Below, piece after piece: positions 54,792 to 63,422 of a stretch of 64,000 nt of DNA. This DNA comes from Patescibacteria group bacterium. GTDB lineage: Bacteria > Patescibacteriota > Minisyncoccia > Phycocordibacterales > Phycocordibacteraceae. Each line of letters begins with the position of its first letter. The first letter of the stretch is position 1. The DNA lies in assembly GCA_038064495.1 (NCBI GenBank), contig JBBTSZ010000002.1, positions 344,934-408,933 of the forward strand. Direction: 5' to 3'. A model generated the notes under the pieces. It worked only from the letters and a program-made list of their open reading frames with translations, was not told where the DNA came from and did not search any database. Both the position numbers and the translations under genes were made by a program.

Positions 54792-55406
54792 ATGCAAGCT
54801 TTCATTCTTACCGCCTTAATGGGCGTTTTATTTTTACCGGGTAGCGGCGCGACGGTCCAATCGACCAGCGCCCTCGACGAACCTTCCCCTACGAAGGCGG
54901 CAATCGCCGCACCAGCAGGGAAGCTGGCCATCGAGAAGGAATCTTCTACCACCTATACGGTAAAGCTCACCGCTTATAACGCGGTCCCGGAACAGACTGA
55001 TTCTGATCCGTCGACCACCGCAAGCGGGCTTGCTTCTAATTCCGAAGTGATTGCAGCTCGTTCACACGACCTTGCTGACGCACTTCCATTTGGCACCGTC
55101 ATTGCTATTTATGGTCCAGGTACCGACACCCCGAGCTGTAACTACAATAAGGTCTCTCACCTTATTGGCTACCGTGTCATTGCCGACACTACCGCGTCCC
55201 GTTTCACCAAGCGTGTGGATGTGCAGTTTGATGCTGCCGACACCGTAATGGTCAACGGCCGCACTATCAACCCAGGACTCGCCCTTGGCGTATGCTCTGG
55301 CGTAACCGTAAAGGTAGTAGGGCACCTGCCACTCTCTCGTGTGCCAACCACCCAGGCTGGACTCGCAAAATTGTTTGCTCCAAAAGAACTCGCTCTCAAT
55401 AAATAA
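54792..55406 (+). CDS. 3D-domain (MltA-like) cell-wall-binding protein
   Basis: Signal peptide MQAFILTALMGVLFLPGSGA. YTVKLTAYNAV...TASG...VIAA...GTVIAI...YRVIADTTASRFTKRVDVQF is the 3D-domain pattern. Confidence 0.7.
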   Translation: MQAFILTALMGVLFLPGSGATVQSTSALDEPSPTKAAIAAPAGKLAIEKESSTTYTVKLTAYNAVPEQTDSDPSTTASGLASNSEVIAARSHDLADALPFGTVIAIYGPGTDTPSCNYNKVSHLIGYRVIADTTASRFTKRVDVQFDAADTVMVNGRTINPGLALGVCSGVTVKVVGHLPLSRVPTTQAGLAKLFAPKELALNK

Positions 55407-55505
55407 ACCTATCTGCCTAGGCAGGGAAGTCGGGTAGGTAAGTTTTCCTTTCGGTACGCGTCTCCATACGAGTACGAAGTAGCTTCCATTTGCTATACTC
55501 TATCT

Positions 55506-56747
55506 ATGCGCATCTCGTCACGAAATCTTCTCCTCCTAGCTCATGGTGCACTCATACTTGCCTTTGCAAGTATGCTTTTTGCTATTGCACCAAACACGGT
55601 GCACGCAGCAACGGTCGCCAAGCCAAAATTTGAAATCTCCGGCTGGATACCCTATTGGCGTACCGCAACGGGTACCGCAGACGTGCTTCCGCACCTCTCC
55701 CAACTCACTGAAGTCAACCCTTTTGGCTACACCGTGAAAACCGATGGCTCCCTGTATGACGCTGCAAAAATAGAACAGGGCGCGTGGGATTCTTTTATAA
55801 AACAAGCTCGTGCAAAAAAAGTCCGGGTGATTCCAACTGTGATGTGGAGTGATACTGACGCTATAGATGCGGTCTTGTCGGACAAGAAACTCCGCAGTGC
55901 TCACGTGGACGCTATCGTCACTATGGTGAATAGGAACAACTTTGATGGCGTTGATATTGATTACGAAGGGAAGCGCGCAAGCAATCGCGACGACTACTCC
56001 GCCTTCCTGAAGGAGCTCTACACTAAGATGGGTAAGAAGTGGGTCATGTGCACTATTGAGGCTCGTACGCCGCCAGACTCCCTCTACAACACCATTCCGG
56101 AGGACTTGGAGTACGCTAACGACTACAAGGCAATTAATAAGTACTGTGACCGTGTACGCCTGATGACCTATGATCAAGAGTCTGCCGACTTGAAGCTCAA
56201 CAAGGCCTCAAAAGGTCTCTACACACCTATTGCAGACCCAGCCTGGATAACAAAAGTCATCAACCTCACGACCAAGGACATTGCAAAGTCAAAAATCATG
56301 CTCGGTGTCGCCACCTACGGCTACATCTATCAGGTCATGCCGTATGAAGATGGAAGTGGTTATAACTACACCCTCCTTGAGGCGTTTAATCCAAAATATG
56401 CGACTGACCTCGCGAAATCTCTTTCCATAACACCTACACGAAACGGAGCAGGAGAGTTGTCTTTCAGTTATGTGCCAACCAGCCTTTCACAAAACGGCCT
56501 TCCAAGCCAAAGTGAGCTTTCAGCACGTGCGCCAGCGGGTACCCCAAGTGCGCTCCTTGCTGCCGTTGGTTCTATCCAAATCGCAAAGGCTCAGGCAAAA
56601 CAATCTCCGTTTTATCTCCTCTGGTGGAGTGATGGCAAAGCAATTGGCGACAAAGTAGCACTCGCAAAGAAACTTGGACTTCGCGGTGTTTCTGTTTTCA
56701 AAATGGATGGGGGAGCGGATCCCCTTATGTGGTCCGTATTGAAGTAA
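55506..56747 (+). CDS. secreted glycoside hydrolase family 18 protein
   Basis: Signal peptide. GH18 catalytic motif DGVDIDYEG (DxxDxDxE). (beta/alpha)8-like sequence. Confidence 0.8.
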   Translation: MRISSRNLLLLAHGALILAFASMLFAIAPNTVHAATVAKPKFEISGWIPYWRTATGTADVLPHLSQLTEVNPFGYTVKTDGSLYDAAKIEQGAWDSFIKQARAKKVRVIPTVMWSDTDAIDAVLSDKKLRSAHVDAIVTMVNRNNFDGVDIDYEGKRASNRDDYSAFLKELYTKMGKKWVMCTIEARTPPDSLYNTIPEDLEYANDYKAINKYCDRVRLMTYDQESADLKLNKASKGLYTPIADPAWITKVINLTTKDIAKSKIMLGVATYGYIYQVMPYEDGSGYNYTLLEAFNPKYATDLAKSLSITPTRNGAGELSFSYVPTSLSQNGLPSQSELSARAPAGTPSALLAAVGSIQIAKAQAKQSPFYLLWWSDGKAIGDKVALAKKLGLRGVSVFKMDGGADPLMWSVLK

Positions 56748-56827
56748 CAGGGAAGTCACTTCGCTTGCACGTACCTTCATGGGAGTCTAATTTTGATTAG
56801 TAGTTTGAATCTGTTATATACAAGGTA

Positions 56828-57688
56828 ATGAAACGGTGGATGAAAATAGCCGCACTCGCGGCACTAGCTCTCTTTGCACTCATTGGACTTGCCTTCACGG
56901 CGATTTTCATCGCCATGCAGTTTGGTCTCTTGAATGTGCGTGGGTCTATCCTTGAGCGTAATTCCTTCTTCACGAGTGATGCTGACGCCACCAAGCAGGC
57001 TACAGTGCCCGCGAGGCCCTGTGTAGAGGACGGTGACTCTGAGTGTGCCTGGAACAAGACCCCTGAGTGGGATGTGGTCGCTGGCGGTCTTACCAAAGAC
57101 GCTGTAATCATTAAGCGCGTCGCGAGCGAAACGAAGATTTCACCGCGTCTTATCGCTTCTGTGGTGGTTCCCGAGCAAATACGATTCTTTACCTCCGAGC
57201 GTGAGGTCTTCAAGCGGTACTTTGAACCCCTTAAAATCCTCGGGTCTCTTTCGCAGTTCTCGCTCGGCGTCTCCGGCATTAAGCAGGAGACAGCGGTGCA
57301 GATTGAACAATATGCAAGCGACCCATCCTCAGACTTTTATCCAGGTAAGGGTTACAGCGACCTCATTACGTATCCAGCCGGCGTAGACCACGACCAGACC
57401 CTTTTCAATAGACTCACCGACCCGAAGGACCACTACTATTCCTACCTCTACACCGCACTCTATCTGAAAGAAATTGAAAGCCAGTGGAAGAAAGCGGGCT
57501 TTGATATTTCAAGCAAGCCTGACATCGTCGGTACACTTTTCAATATTGGCTTCAAGGCATCCGTACCAAAGGCCGACCCGGTAGCCGCTGGTGCGGGAGT
57601 ACAGACCGGTGGACGCACCTATGCCTTCGGCACGCTTGGCGGAATGTTCTACAACTCGCTAGAACTGCGTACTGTTTTTCCTTTTTAA
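56828..57688 (+). CDS. hypothetical exported protein
   Basis: N-terminal TM/signal sequence and a 286 aa ORF with no recognised motif. In the hydrolase island. Confidence 0.55.
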   Translation: MKRWMKIAALAALALFALIGLAFTAIFIAMQFGLLNVRGSILERNSFFTSDADATKQATVPARPCVEDGDSECAWNKTPEWDVVAGGLTKDAVIIKRVASETKISPRLIASVVVPEQIRFFTSEREVFKRYFEPLKILGSLSQFSLGVSGIKQETAVQIEQYASDPSSDFYPGKGYSDLITYPAGVDHDQTLFNRLTDPKDHYYSYLYTALYLKEIESQWKKAGFDISSKPDIVGTLFNIGFKASVPKADPVAAGAGVQTGGRTYAFGTLGGMFYNSLELRTVFPF

Positions 57689-57702
57689 GAGCTTACTATA
57701 AA

Positions 57703-57804
57703 AGTGCTCAGGTGCTAGGCGCCCGCGAGCGAGAAGTCGAGGTGTACTCCTAGTACAGTGAGACTTTGAGCGAAGTGAGCAACAACGCAGATGAGTACTT
57801 TTTA
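57703..57804 (+). repeat. copy B of the ~95 nt structured element, 15 nt after the 56828..57688 stop, followed by a T-run
   Basis: Outer stem agtgctca/tgagtact then ttttt. Internal GAGCGAGAAGTC, a tgtact-cct-agtaca hairpin and GAGCGAAGTGAGCAACAACGCAGA. Confidence 0.5.
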
Positions 57805-57811
57805 GTGAGCT

Positions 57812-58207
57812 CTAAGTGATCTGGATGGGGCTTTGTATGCCCGCCTCCGCTCCTGCCATATCAATCGTTCCAAACTTACTCTCATACTCTTTGAGCTTGT
57901 CATCCAAGCCCTTGGCGAACGCTTTAATAAGTTCTGGTGGCATACCAAATGCCGAGACACTCTGACCGCTCGTAATAGCGACCAAGAAATGATGCTGATT
58001 AAAATTTATGGATACGGAGTCTGCAAGTGCCTTTGGTAGTTGTGAGAAGTCGATGTTCATATACCAAGTAGTATAGCTCAAACCTCGTCTTACCGGCTCC
58101 CCCGGCACTAGCGTGGCCCACTTACTATCTATCTCGCCCATCTCGGATGCCGAGATTGATAACAGGGAAGTGGCGGGGGAGTCATATTCCGTAACTCGGC
58201 CAGCCAA
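57812..58207 (-). CDS. hypothetical protein (true start possibly the internal Met near 58141)
   Basis: 131 aa ORF. The C-terminal two-thirds (FLVAITSGQSVSAFGMPPELIKAFAKGLDDKLKEY) looks globular. The N-terminal 22 codons overlap promoter-like repeats. Confidence 0.4.
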   Translation of the reverse strand: MAGRVTEYDSPATSLLSISASEMGEIDSKWATLVPGEPVRRGLSYTTWYMNIDFSQLPKALADSVSINFNQHHFLVAITSGQSVSAFGMPPELIKAFAKGLDDKLKEYESKFGTIDMAGAEAGIQSPIQIT

Positions 58208-58815
58208 TCCCCTACTGGCACTTCCCCGAGATAGAGAAAGCGGGGAAGTCTCTATTTAGTAAAATATCCTGTAAAAGCTAGGGAAGTAGGCGTCCGAGGC
58301 GTCCCTACAGAGACTCCATAAGGCTCTACAAGGGGAGTGGGGAGGCAGAGGTAGGGAAAGGCCAGTCCAGGGTCAGTATACGGCGTATGTATATATGTAT
58401 GCGTAAAAGGTATATTGTGCGCACATCAGCTTAGTAAGCCCTGAAGTCCTTATTCCTATGAAACTTTGCCCTACCCCTACCCTCTCTATGCACTCACATT
58501 TCCTCCGCCACCGGTCGGTCACTAACCCATCAAAGTGTCTTAAAAAAATAACTGCAGGGCACTTCCCCGAGGATATAAAAAAGAGACGCGGGGGACCGGG
58601 GGAGACCTGAGTGGAAGGATGCCTTTAAGGCATCCTTCTCTAACTCCCCTGCCCTACACAGATAGGGCTACCAAGTACGTTTGCTTCCCCACTAACTTCC
58701 GCAAAAGGAATTTAGACTCTAGGCGCGGGAAATTTGGCGAGGTAGACGTATGTGCTATACGGCGGACGAAACAAATGGGACCCGCAACAACGAAGATGAG
58801 ATTCTTTTGCAGAAG

Positions 58816-59568
58816 TTAACATTTAACGTTTTGCATAATGTACTCATACGCCTCATCAACGGAATCTACGACGGTAAACAGTTTTAAATCTTCCTCACTA
58901 ATAGCCCCATGCTCCTTGAAGAGCTTTTGGTTAAAAAATGTCACGAGAGGGTCCCAGTATTCCTTACCATAGAGCACGATAGGTACCTTACGAATCTTCT
59001 TCGTCTGCACGAGCGTGAGAATCTCCGTGAACTCGTCAAGGGTACCGAAACCTCCTGGGAAATAAATGTAGACCTCGGATGCAAACGCTAGCATCACCTT
59101 ACGCACAAAAAAATGGTCAAAGGTCACCGACTCCGTCAGATACTTGTTGAGGTTTTGGTCCTCGCCGAGCCGGATATTAAGACCCACAGATGCACCCCCT
59201 GCTTCAAACGCTCCTTTGTTTGCAGCCTGCATAATGCCGTTATTTCCTCCGGTAAAGACGGCATAACCACTCTTAGCAAGCCTTCCTGCAAGCTCGGTCG
59301 CGTCCGTGTAGAAATGCCCCTCAAAGGTCTCGCGGGCTGTACCGAAGAAGGTCGCGGCAAGTCCATACTTCTTAAGAAGCTCGAAGCCCTCCACGAACTC
59401 ACTCATGATCTTGAAGATTCTCCAGCTTTCTATCTGCTGTGGCTTACACACGAGTGGTTCAGGAGCGTCCGGTACCATTCCCTTCCCTTCCTCTATAGTG
59501 CGCGCGAGACGCATGCCCATTTCGCGGTGCTGTTCGTTTGGTGTCGGAACGATAGGGTTGGTACTCAT
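58816..59568 (-). CDS. LOG-family (TIGR00730) nucleotide phosphoribohydrolase
   Basis: FTGGNNGIMQAANKGAFEAGG and PGGFGTLDEF motifs. Confidence 0.8.
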   Translation of the reverse strand: MSTNPIVPTPNEQHREMGMRLARTIEEGKGMVPDAPEPLVCKPQQIESWRIFKIMSEFVEGFELLKKYGLAATFFGTARETFEGHFYTDATELAGRLAKSGYAVFTGGNNGIMQAANKGAFEAGGASVGLNIRLGEDQNLNKYLTESVTFDHFFVRKVMLAFASEVYIYFPGGFGTLDEFTEILTLVQTKKIRKVPIVLYGKEYWDPLVTFFNQKLFKEHGAISEEDLKLFTVVDSVDEAYEYIMQNVKC

Positions 59569-59577
59569 AGTGAAAGA

Positions 59578-60165
59578 TCAAAAAGGTAGTGGAAAGGCAT
59601 CAAACTCCGGTAATAATTTCTTAGTATACGCTATACGTGAAATCACTTCCGCGTGGCAGAGCGCTCCGGTGAGTGCATTGTGCGGAGCGGGTTCACTCGG
59701 AAGTCCGCAGTAGCTAAGAGCGTAGTCCAAACTAATAGCCGAATGGTTGTTATGAAGTGGAGGTTCTTTTCCGTGTTCAATCATATGTAGCCACACAAGC
59801 GTATGCGTATCTATGGTGCGCTTACCAAACGGGCATTCTATTCCTGCACGCTTGCAGGCTTCCTGCACGAACTCCAGGTCAAATGAGACATTCTGAGCGG
59901 CAAGCGTACGCTCTGAAATATCAGTCGTAGCCCATGCAATAAACGCAGTGATGAGCTCGGCTTCTGTTTTCTTGGCGGTATCTCGCACACCTTGATCAGT
60001 AAATCCATTTATGGCGAGCGCCTCCTCATGCACGTGCGCACCGTCCCATATCTGACACTCGCCGTAGAAACGGTTTTCCGGATTCGCTACATCAAGCGCT
60101 CCAAGCGAAACAATAGAATCGGCTCTCGGGTTTAGGCCGGTTGCCTCAACATCAAGGACTATCAT
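59578..60165 (-). CDS. DEDDh 3'-5' exonuclease (DnaQ/epsilon-like)
   Basis: Exo I VLDVEATGL, Exo II FDLEFV and Exo III HNALTGALCHAEV motifs. Confidence 0.75.
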   Translation of the reverse strand: MIVLDVEATGLNPRADSIVSLGALDVANPENRFYGECQIWDGAHVHEEALAINGFTDQGVRDTAKKTEAELITAFIAWATTDISERTLAAQNVSFDLEFVQEACKRAGIECPFGKRTIDTHTLVWLHMIEHGKEPPLHNNHSAISLDYALSYCGLPSEPAPHNALTGALCHAEVISRIAYTKKLLPEFDAFPLPF

Positions 60166-60590
60166 AGTCCATCACAATTATCCGCAGGAGTCAGACCTGC
60201 CTTTTGAGCATCTTCTACCGTAGCGAACCAAATCTTATTGGAGTCTTTAATACGAGCGGCTCCAGAACAGCTTGGGAGGTAGTAGCGCTTACCGTGTTTT
60301 GAAGCGACGTACTTCCCTGTTGTGGCTGGCGATACAATTTCAGCTTGTGGGGACGCACCGCTGCTTGCCGCATACGCAGCTGCCGGTAGTTCACCGGAAT
60401 GAGCGGTAAGTGGGGTTTGCTCTATCTTAAAGCCCTCACTACCCTTCTTGGCGGTCGTCTCACGCTCCGTAAGCATACCCAAACCAAAGGAAGCACTGGA
60501 AGAAAGGAGGATGACCAATAGAACTAAAAGGTCCTTTGGAACCCGAGAAAGCAAGGTATTGCTTCGTTCCCTCATTTCTGCTATAGTCAT
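60162..60590 (-). CDS. hypothetical membrane-anchored protein with a C-terminal Cys-containing motif (Ada Zn-binding-like?)
   Basis: TM anchor LLVLLVILLSSSASFGLGML. C-terminal YYLPSC...NKIWFATVEDAQKAGLTPADNC. Confidence 0.45.
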   Translation of the reverse strand: MTIAEMRERSNTLLSRVPKDLLVLLVILLSSSASFGLGMLTERETTAKKGSEGFKIEQTPLTAHSGELPAAAYAASSGASPQAEIVSPATTGKYVASKHGKRYYLPSCSGAARIKDSNKIWFATVEDAQKAGLTPADNCDGL

Positions 60591-60615
60591 ATTTACGTAA
60601 TTTTAAGTATAGCGT

Positions 60616-60888
60616 ATGGCAAGTACAAAGGCTGGAGGATCAGCTAAAAACCTAAACACTTCAAACCCGAAATACCTCGGGGTGAAGCTTTCTGATGGCC
60701 AGGCAGCGCGCCCAGGCATGATTATCGTTCGTCAGCGCGGAACGAAGATTGAAGCAGGTAAGAACGTCAAAATTGGTCGCGATCACACGCTCTACGCCAT
60801 GATTGAAGGCAAAGTAGTCTTCAAGGAGATGCGAAAGACGAACTTTGACGGGAATGTGAAGCGGAAGAAAATCGTCCACGTCGTCTAA
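60616..60888 (+). CDS. rpmA: 50S ribosomal protein L27
   Basis: GGSAKN...[16 protein letters not shown] matches L27. Confidence 0.9.
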   Translation: MASTKAGGSAKNLNTSNPKYLGVKLSDGQAARPGMIIVRQRGTKIEAGKNVKIGRDHTLYAMIEGKVVFKEMRKTNFDGNVKRKKIVHVV

Positions 60889-60892
60889 GACT

Positions 60893-60919
60893 AAAAAATC
60901 CCCTCTCGGGGATTTTTTA
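60893..60919. terminator. bidirectional rho-independent terminator (rpmA / rplI convergent)
   Basis: aaaaaatcccc-tctc-ggggatttttt. Confidence 0.8.
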
Positions 60920-60938
60920 TTAGCTGGTTCTGAAATGC

Positions 60939-61364
60939 TTATTCAGCAACAATCTCTACTGAAATCATTCCGAAGTTCTCACCGTGACTAACTGCAACCT
61001 CGTGAATACCGAGTTCCTTGATTGGCTTCTCAAGCTTGATAGCAAACTCTGGAAGTCCTGATGCTTCGGCAATTTCCTCCTCACCTACGCCGTCGTAGAG
61101 GTGTCCCTGTTCATTTGCCTTCTTGGTGATGGTAACCCTACCGTCGCTCAGTGCTGCGAGGCGCTCTGCAACGAGCTTGTCGCCAACCTCACGACTTGCT
61201 GCACCCTGTGCGAGCTTCCCTTCTGCATGCTTTACGTTTGCTGGAGTAGCGAGAACGGCGAGCTTTTTTGGAATAAGGAAATTAAGCGCGTGGCCATCTG
61301 ATACCTCAAGCACGGAGTGCGCACGGCCCATAGCACGAACATCCTTTAGTAGTACGACTTTCAT
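60939..61364 (-). CDS. rplI: 50S ribosomal protein L9
   Basis: MKVVLLKDV...NFLIPKKLA matches the L9 N-domain. Confidence 0.85.
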   Translation of the reverse strand: MKVVLLKDVRAMGRAHSVLEVSDGHALNFLIPKKLAVLATPANVKHAEGKLAQGAASREVGDKLVAERLAALSDGRVTITKKANEQGHLYDGVGEEEIAEASGLPEFAIKLEKPIKELGIHEVAVSHGENFGMISVEIVAE

Positions 61365-61790
61365 AGTATGAGCATTCTAGCTGTTTTGGCCCGTTTCTGC
61401 AAATTAGAGCTACGTCGTGCGATATTGGTACCTATTGCAACATATGGTAGATTTTGTCCAGTGTTCGCAAAGGAGTAATCTGAGATGCCTGACCATAGCA
61501 AACCAAAGGGCGGTAAGGAGCAGGAGTTCGTCCTGCCTCCCGTTACCCCGTTGCCGCTTTCAGCGCCAACATGGATGCAACCCTGGCAGCCGCATGCCTG
61601 TCACTGGGCGCACGCGCTTCCTCACCACAACACAAGTCTATAGCCGCACGAAGTAGCCCGGAGAATAGAATCCGCCGCTCTCCGGGCGGCTTCTTTTATA
61701 TAAAAGTTCTATAGTCCTACTCTGGTTCGCAGTATGGTCTTTATTTTAGCTAGTGCTGGCTGTTTGGGACGATGTTAGAACTATGCTCGA

Positions 61791-62030
61791 TTAATCCTGG
61801 GTTGTGTCGTGTCCTATTAATTTACCAACCTCGAGTAGTTCTGGGGGTACCGGTAAGTGATTGTCTTTGACTATGCGCCAAAGCGTCTCCCAAGCAATTC
61901 CATACTCAGTATGCTCAATATAGTGAAACAGCTCTTGTGCGTCTTGAGGTAACAATGAAGATTCAAGTGCGGTAAGTGAAATCGTTAGTAATGATTTCAC
62001 TTGCTTTAGATATTCGGGAGAAGTAGTCAT
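61791..62030 (-). CDS. hypothetical small protein (79 aa)
   Basis: Helical. The EYGIAWETLW segment is reminiscent of small immunity-protein families. Weak. Confidence 0.4.
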   Translation of the reverse strand: MTTSPEYLKQVKSLLTISLTALESSLLPQDAQELFHYIEHTEYGIAWETLWRIVKDNHLPVPPELLEVGKLIGHDTTQD

Positions 62031-62075
62031 TCTCCAAGTATAGCTTGTTAAGCCGCTGGCAGATAAGGTTTAGAA

Positions 62076-63356
62076 CTACTGACCTGTCGTGAGATATTGC
62101 ACCGCCCGATCTTTCTGAGGATCCTTCTGAGCTGCCGCATCCTCCTGCGTACGTTCAACCTTTATGTCTGGCGTGAGTCCCCCATCAGAGATATTGCGAC
62201 CACCTGGCGTGAGCCAACGAGCCACCGTAATCTTGAGTGAGCCACCATCAATGTCCACGAGTTCTTGTACGGAACCCTTACCGAAGGAGCGAGTACCAAC
62301 GAGCTTTGCAACTTTAGAGTCCTGGAGGGCGCCAGCAAGGATTTCAGACGCGGACGCTGAGCCCTGGTCCATCAGCACCACCACCTGCGTGCCTGCAGGC
62401 ATGTCATTCGTACCGATACTGCGGTGCACAATATTCTCTTTCTTACCCTTATAGTCTTCGGTCACGACCGTGCCTCCCTTTGGAAGGAAATGACTTGCAA
62501 TGAGTACCGCCTGGTCAAGGTAGCCACCTGGGTCGCCACGTACATCAATGATGAGCTTGCGCGAACCGGACTTTTTAAACTGCTCAAATCCTTTAGTGAA
62601 GAGGTCACCAGAGTTCGCGGTGAATTGATAGATAGAAATCGTGAACACACCGGTCTTGCTGTCATACACCGCGTCGCCACTTGGAACAACAATGGTGTCG
62701 CGCACTACTTTTATCTCCAGTTGCTTCTTCTCACGCACAATCGTAAACGTCACGGCTGTTCCTTTTGGACCACGAATGCGCTTCACGGCTTCGTCGGTTG
62801 AAATGCCCTCCGTCGTTTTTCCATCTATAGCAGTAATGAGGTCACCGGCAAGTATGCCTGCCTTTTGCGCAGGAGAATCTTTAAGTGGAGCTATGACGGT
62901 GAGGATTCCTTCCTTCGTGAGACCAATTTCAGCTCCCACACCACCAAAGTTACCTTGGATGTCCTCTTGGAAAGCCTTTGCCTCTGCTGGTGGGAAAAAG
63001 ACCGTGTAGGGGTCGCCATAGGAAGCAGTGAGCCCCTGAATTGCACCCCACAGTTTCTTCTTGGTATCTGGATCTGTGGTAGAAGCGTGCACCTGCACAT
63101 GACGCTCAGCGAGGACATGCCATACCTTCCATAGGTCCGTGAGGTTGGCGTCCGCGACCGGTGTTGCGTCCAGTCCGTCACCAAGTAACGGCACACTCGC
63201 GAGAAGACTTTTACCACCCTGCGCGTTCACCGAGAATCCTCCGACAAACCCGATGACGAGCACGAGTGCAAAGGCAACACCGAGCTTGGTCATGCGTGCA
63301 AATGATGTGCGGTTCGAGTGGAGAGTATCTGGTTCCATCGCAAACGAGTATAGCAT
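62076..63356 (-). CDS. S41 carboxyl-terminal processing protease (Ctp/Prc)
   Basis: PDZ domain (GVGAEIGLTKEGILTVIAPLKDSPAQKAGILAGDLITAIDG), S41 catalytic region (GSASASEILAG) and TPGGRNISDGGL. Start taken at the ATG with an AAGGAG SD. The track ORF extends to 63503. Confidence 0.8.
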   Translation of the reverse strand: MLYSFAMEPDTLHSNRTSFARMTKLGVAFALVLVIGFVGGFSVNAQGGKSLLASVPLLGDGLDATPVADANLTDLWKVWHVLAERHVQVHASTTDPDTKKKLWGAIQGLTASYGDPYTVFFPPAEAKAFQEDIQGNFGGVGAEIGLTKEGILTVIAPLKDSPAQKAGILAGDLITAIDGKTTEGISTDEAVKRIRGPKGTAVTFTIVREKKQLEIKVVRDTIVVPSGDAVYDSKTGVFTISIYQFTANSGDLFTKGFEQFKKSGSRKLIIDVRGDPGGYLDQAVLIASHFLPKGGTVVTEDYKGKKENIVHRSIGTNDMPAGTQVVVLMDQGSASASEILAGALQDSKVAKLVGTRSFGKGSVQELVDIDGGSLKITVARWLTPGGRNISDGGLTPDIKVERTQEDAAAQKDPQKDRAVQYLTTGQ

Positions 63357-63422
63357 GTGCTCCTTTAAAAACTCTGTAGATAATTCAAATAATAGGTACG
63401 TCTCACGGGTATACTGAAGGGT

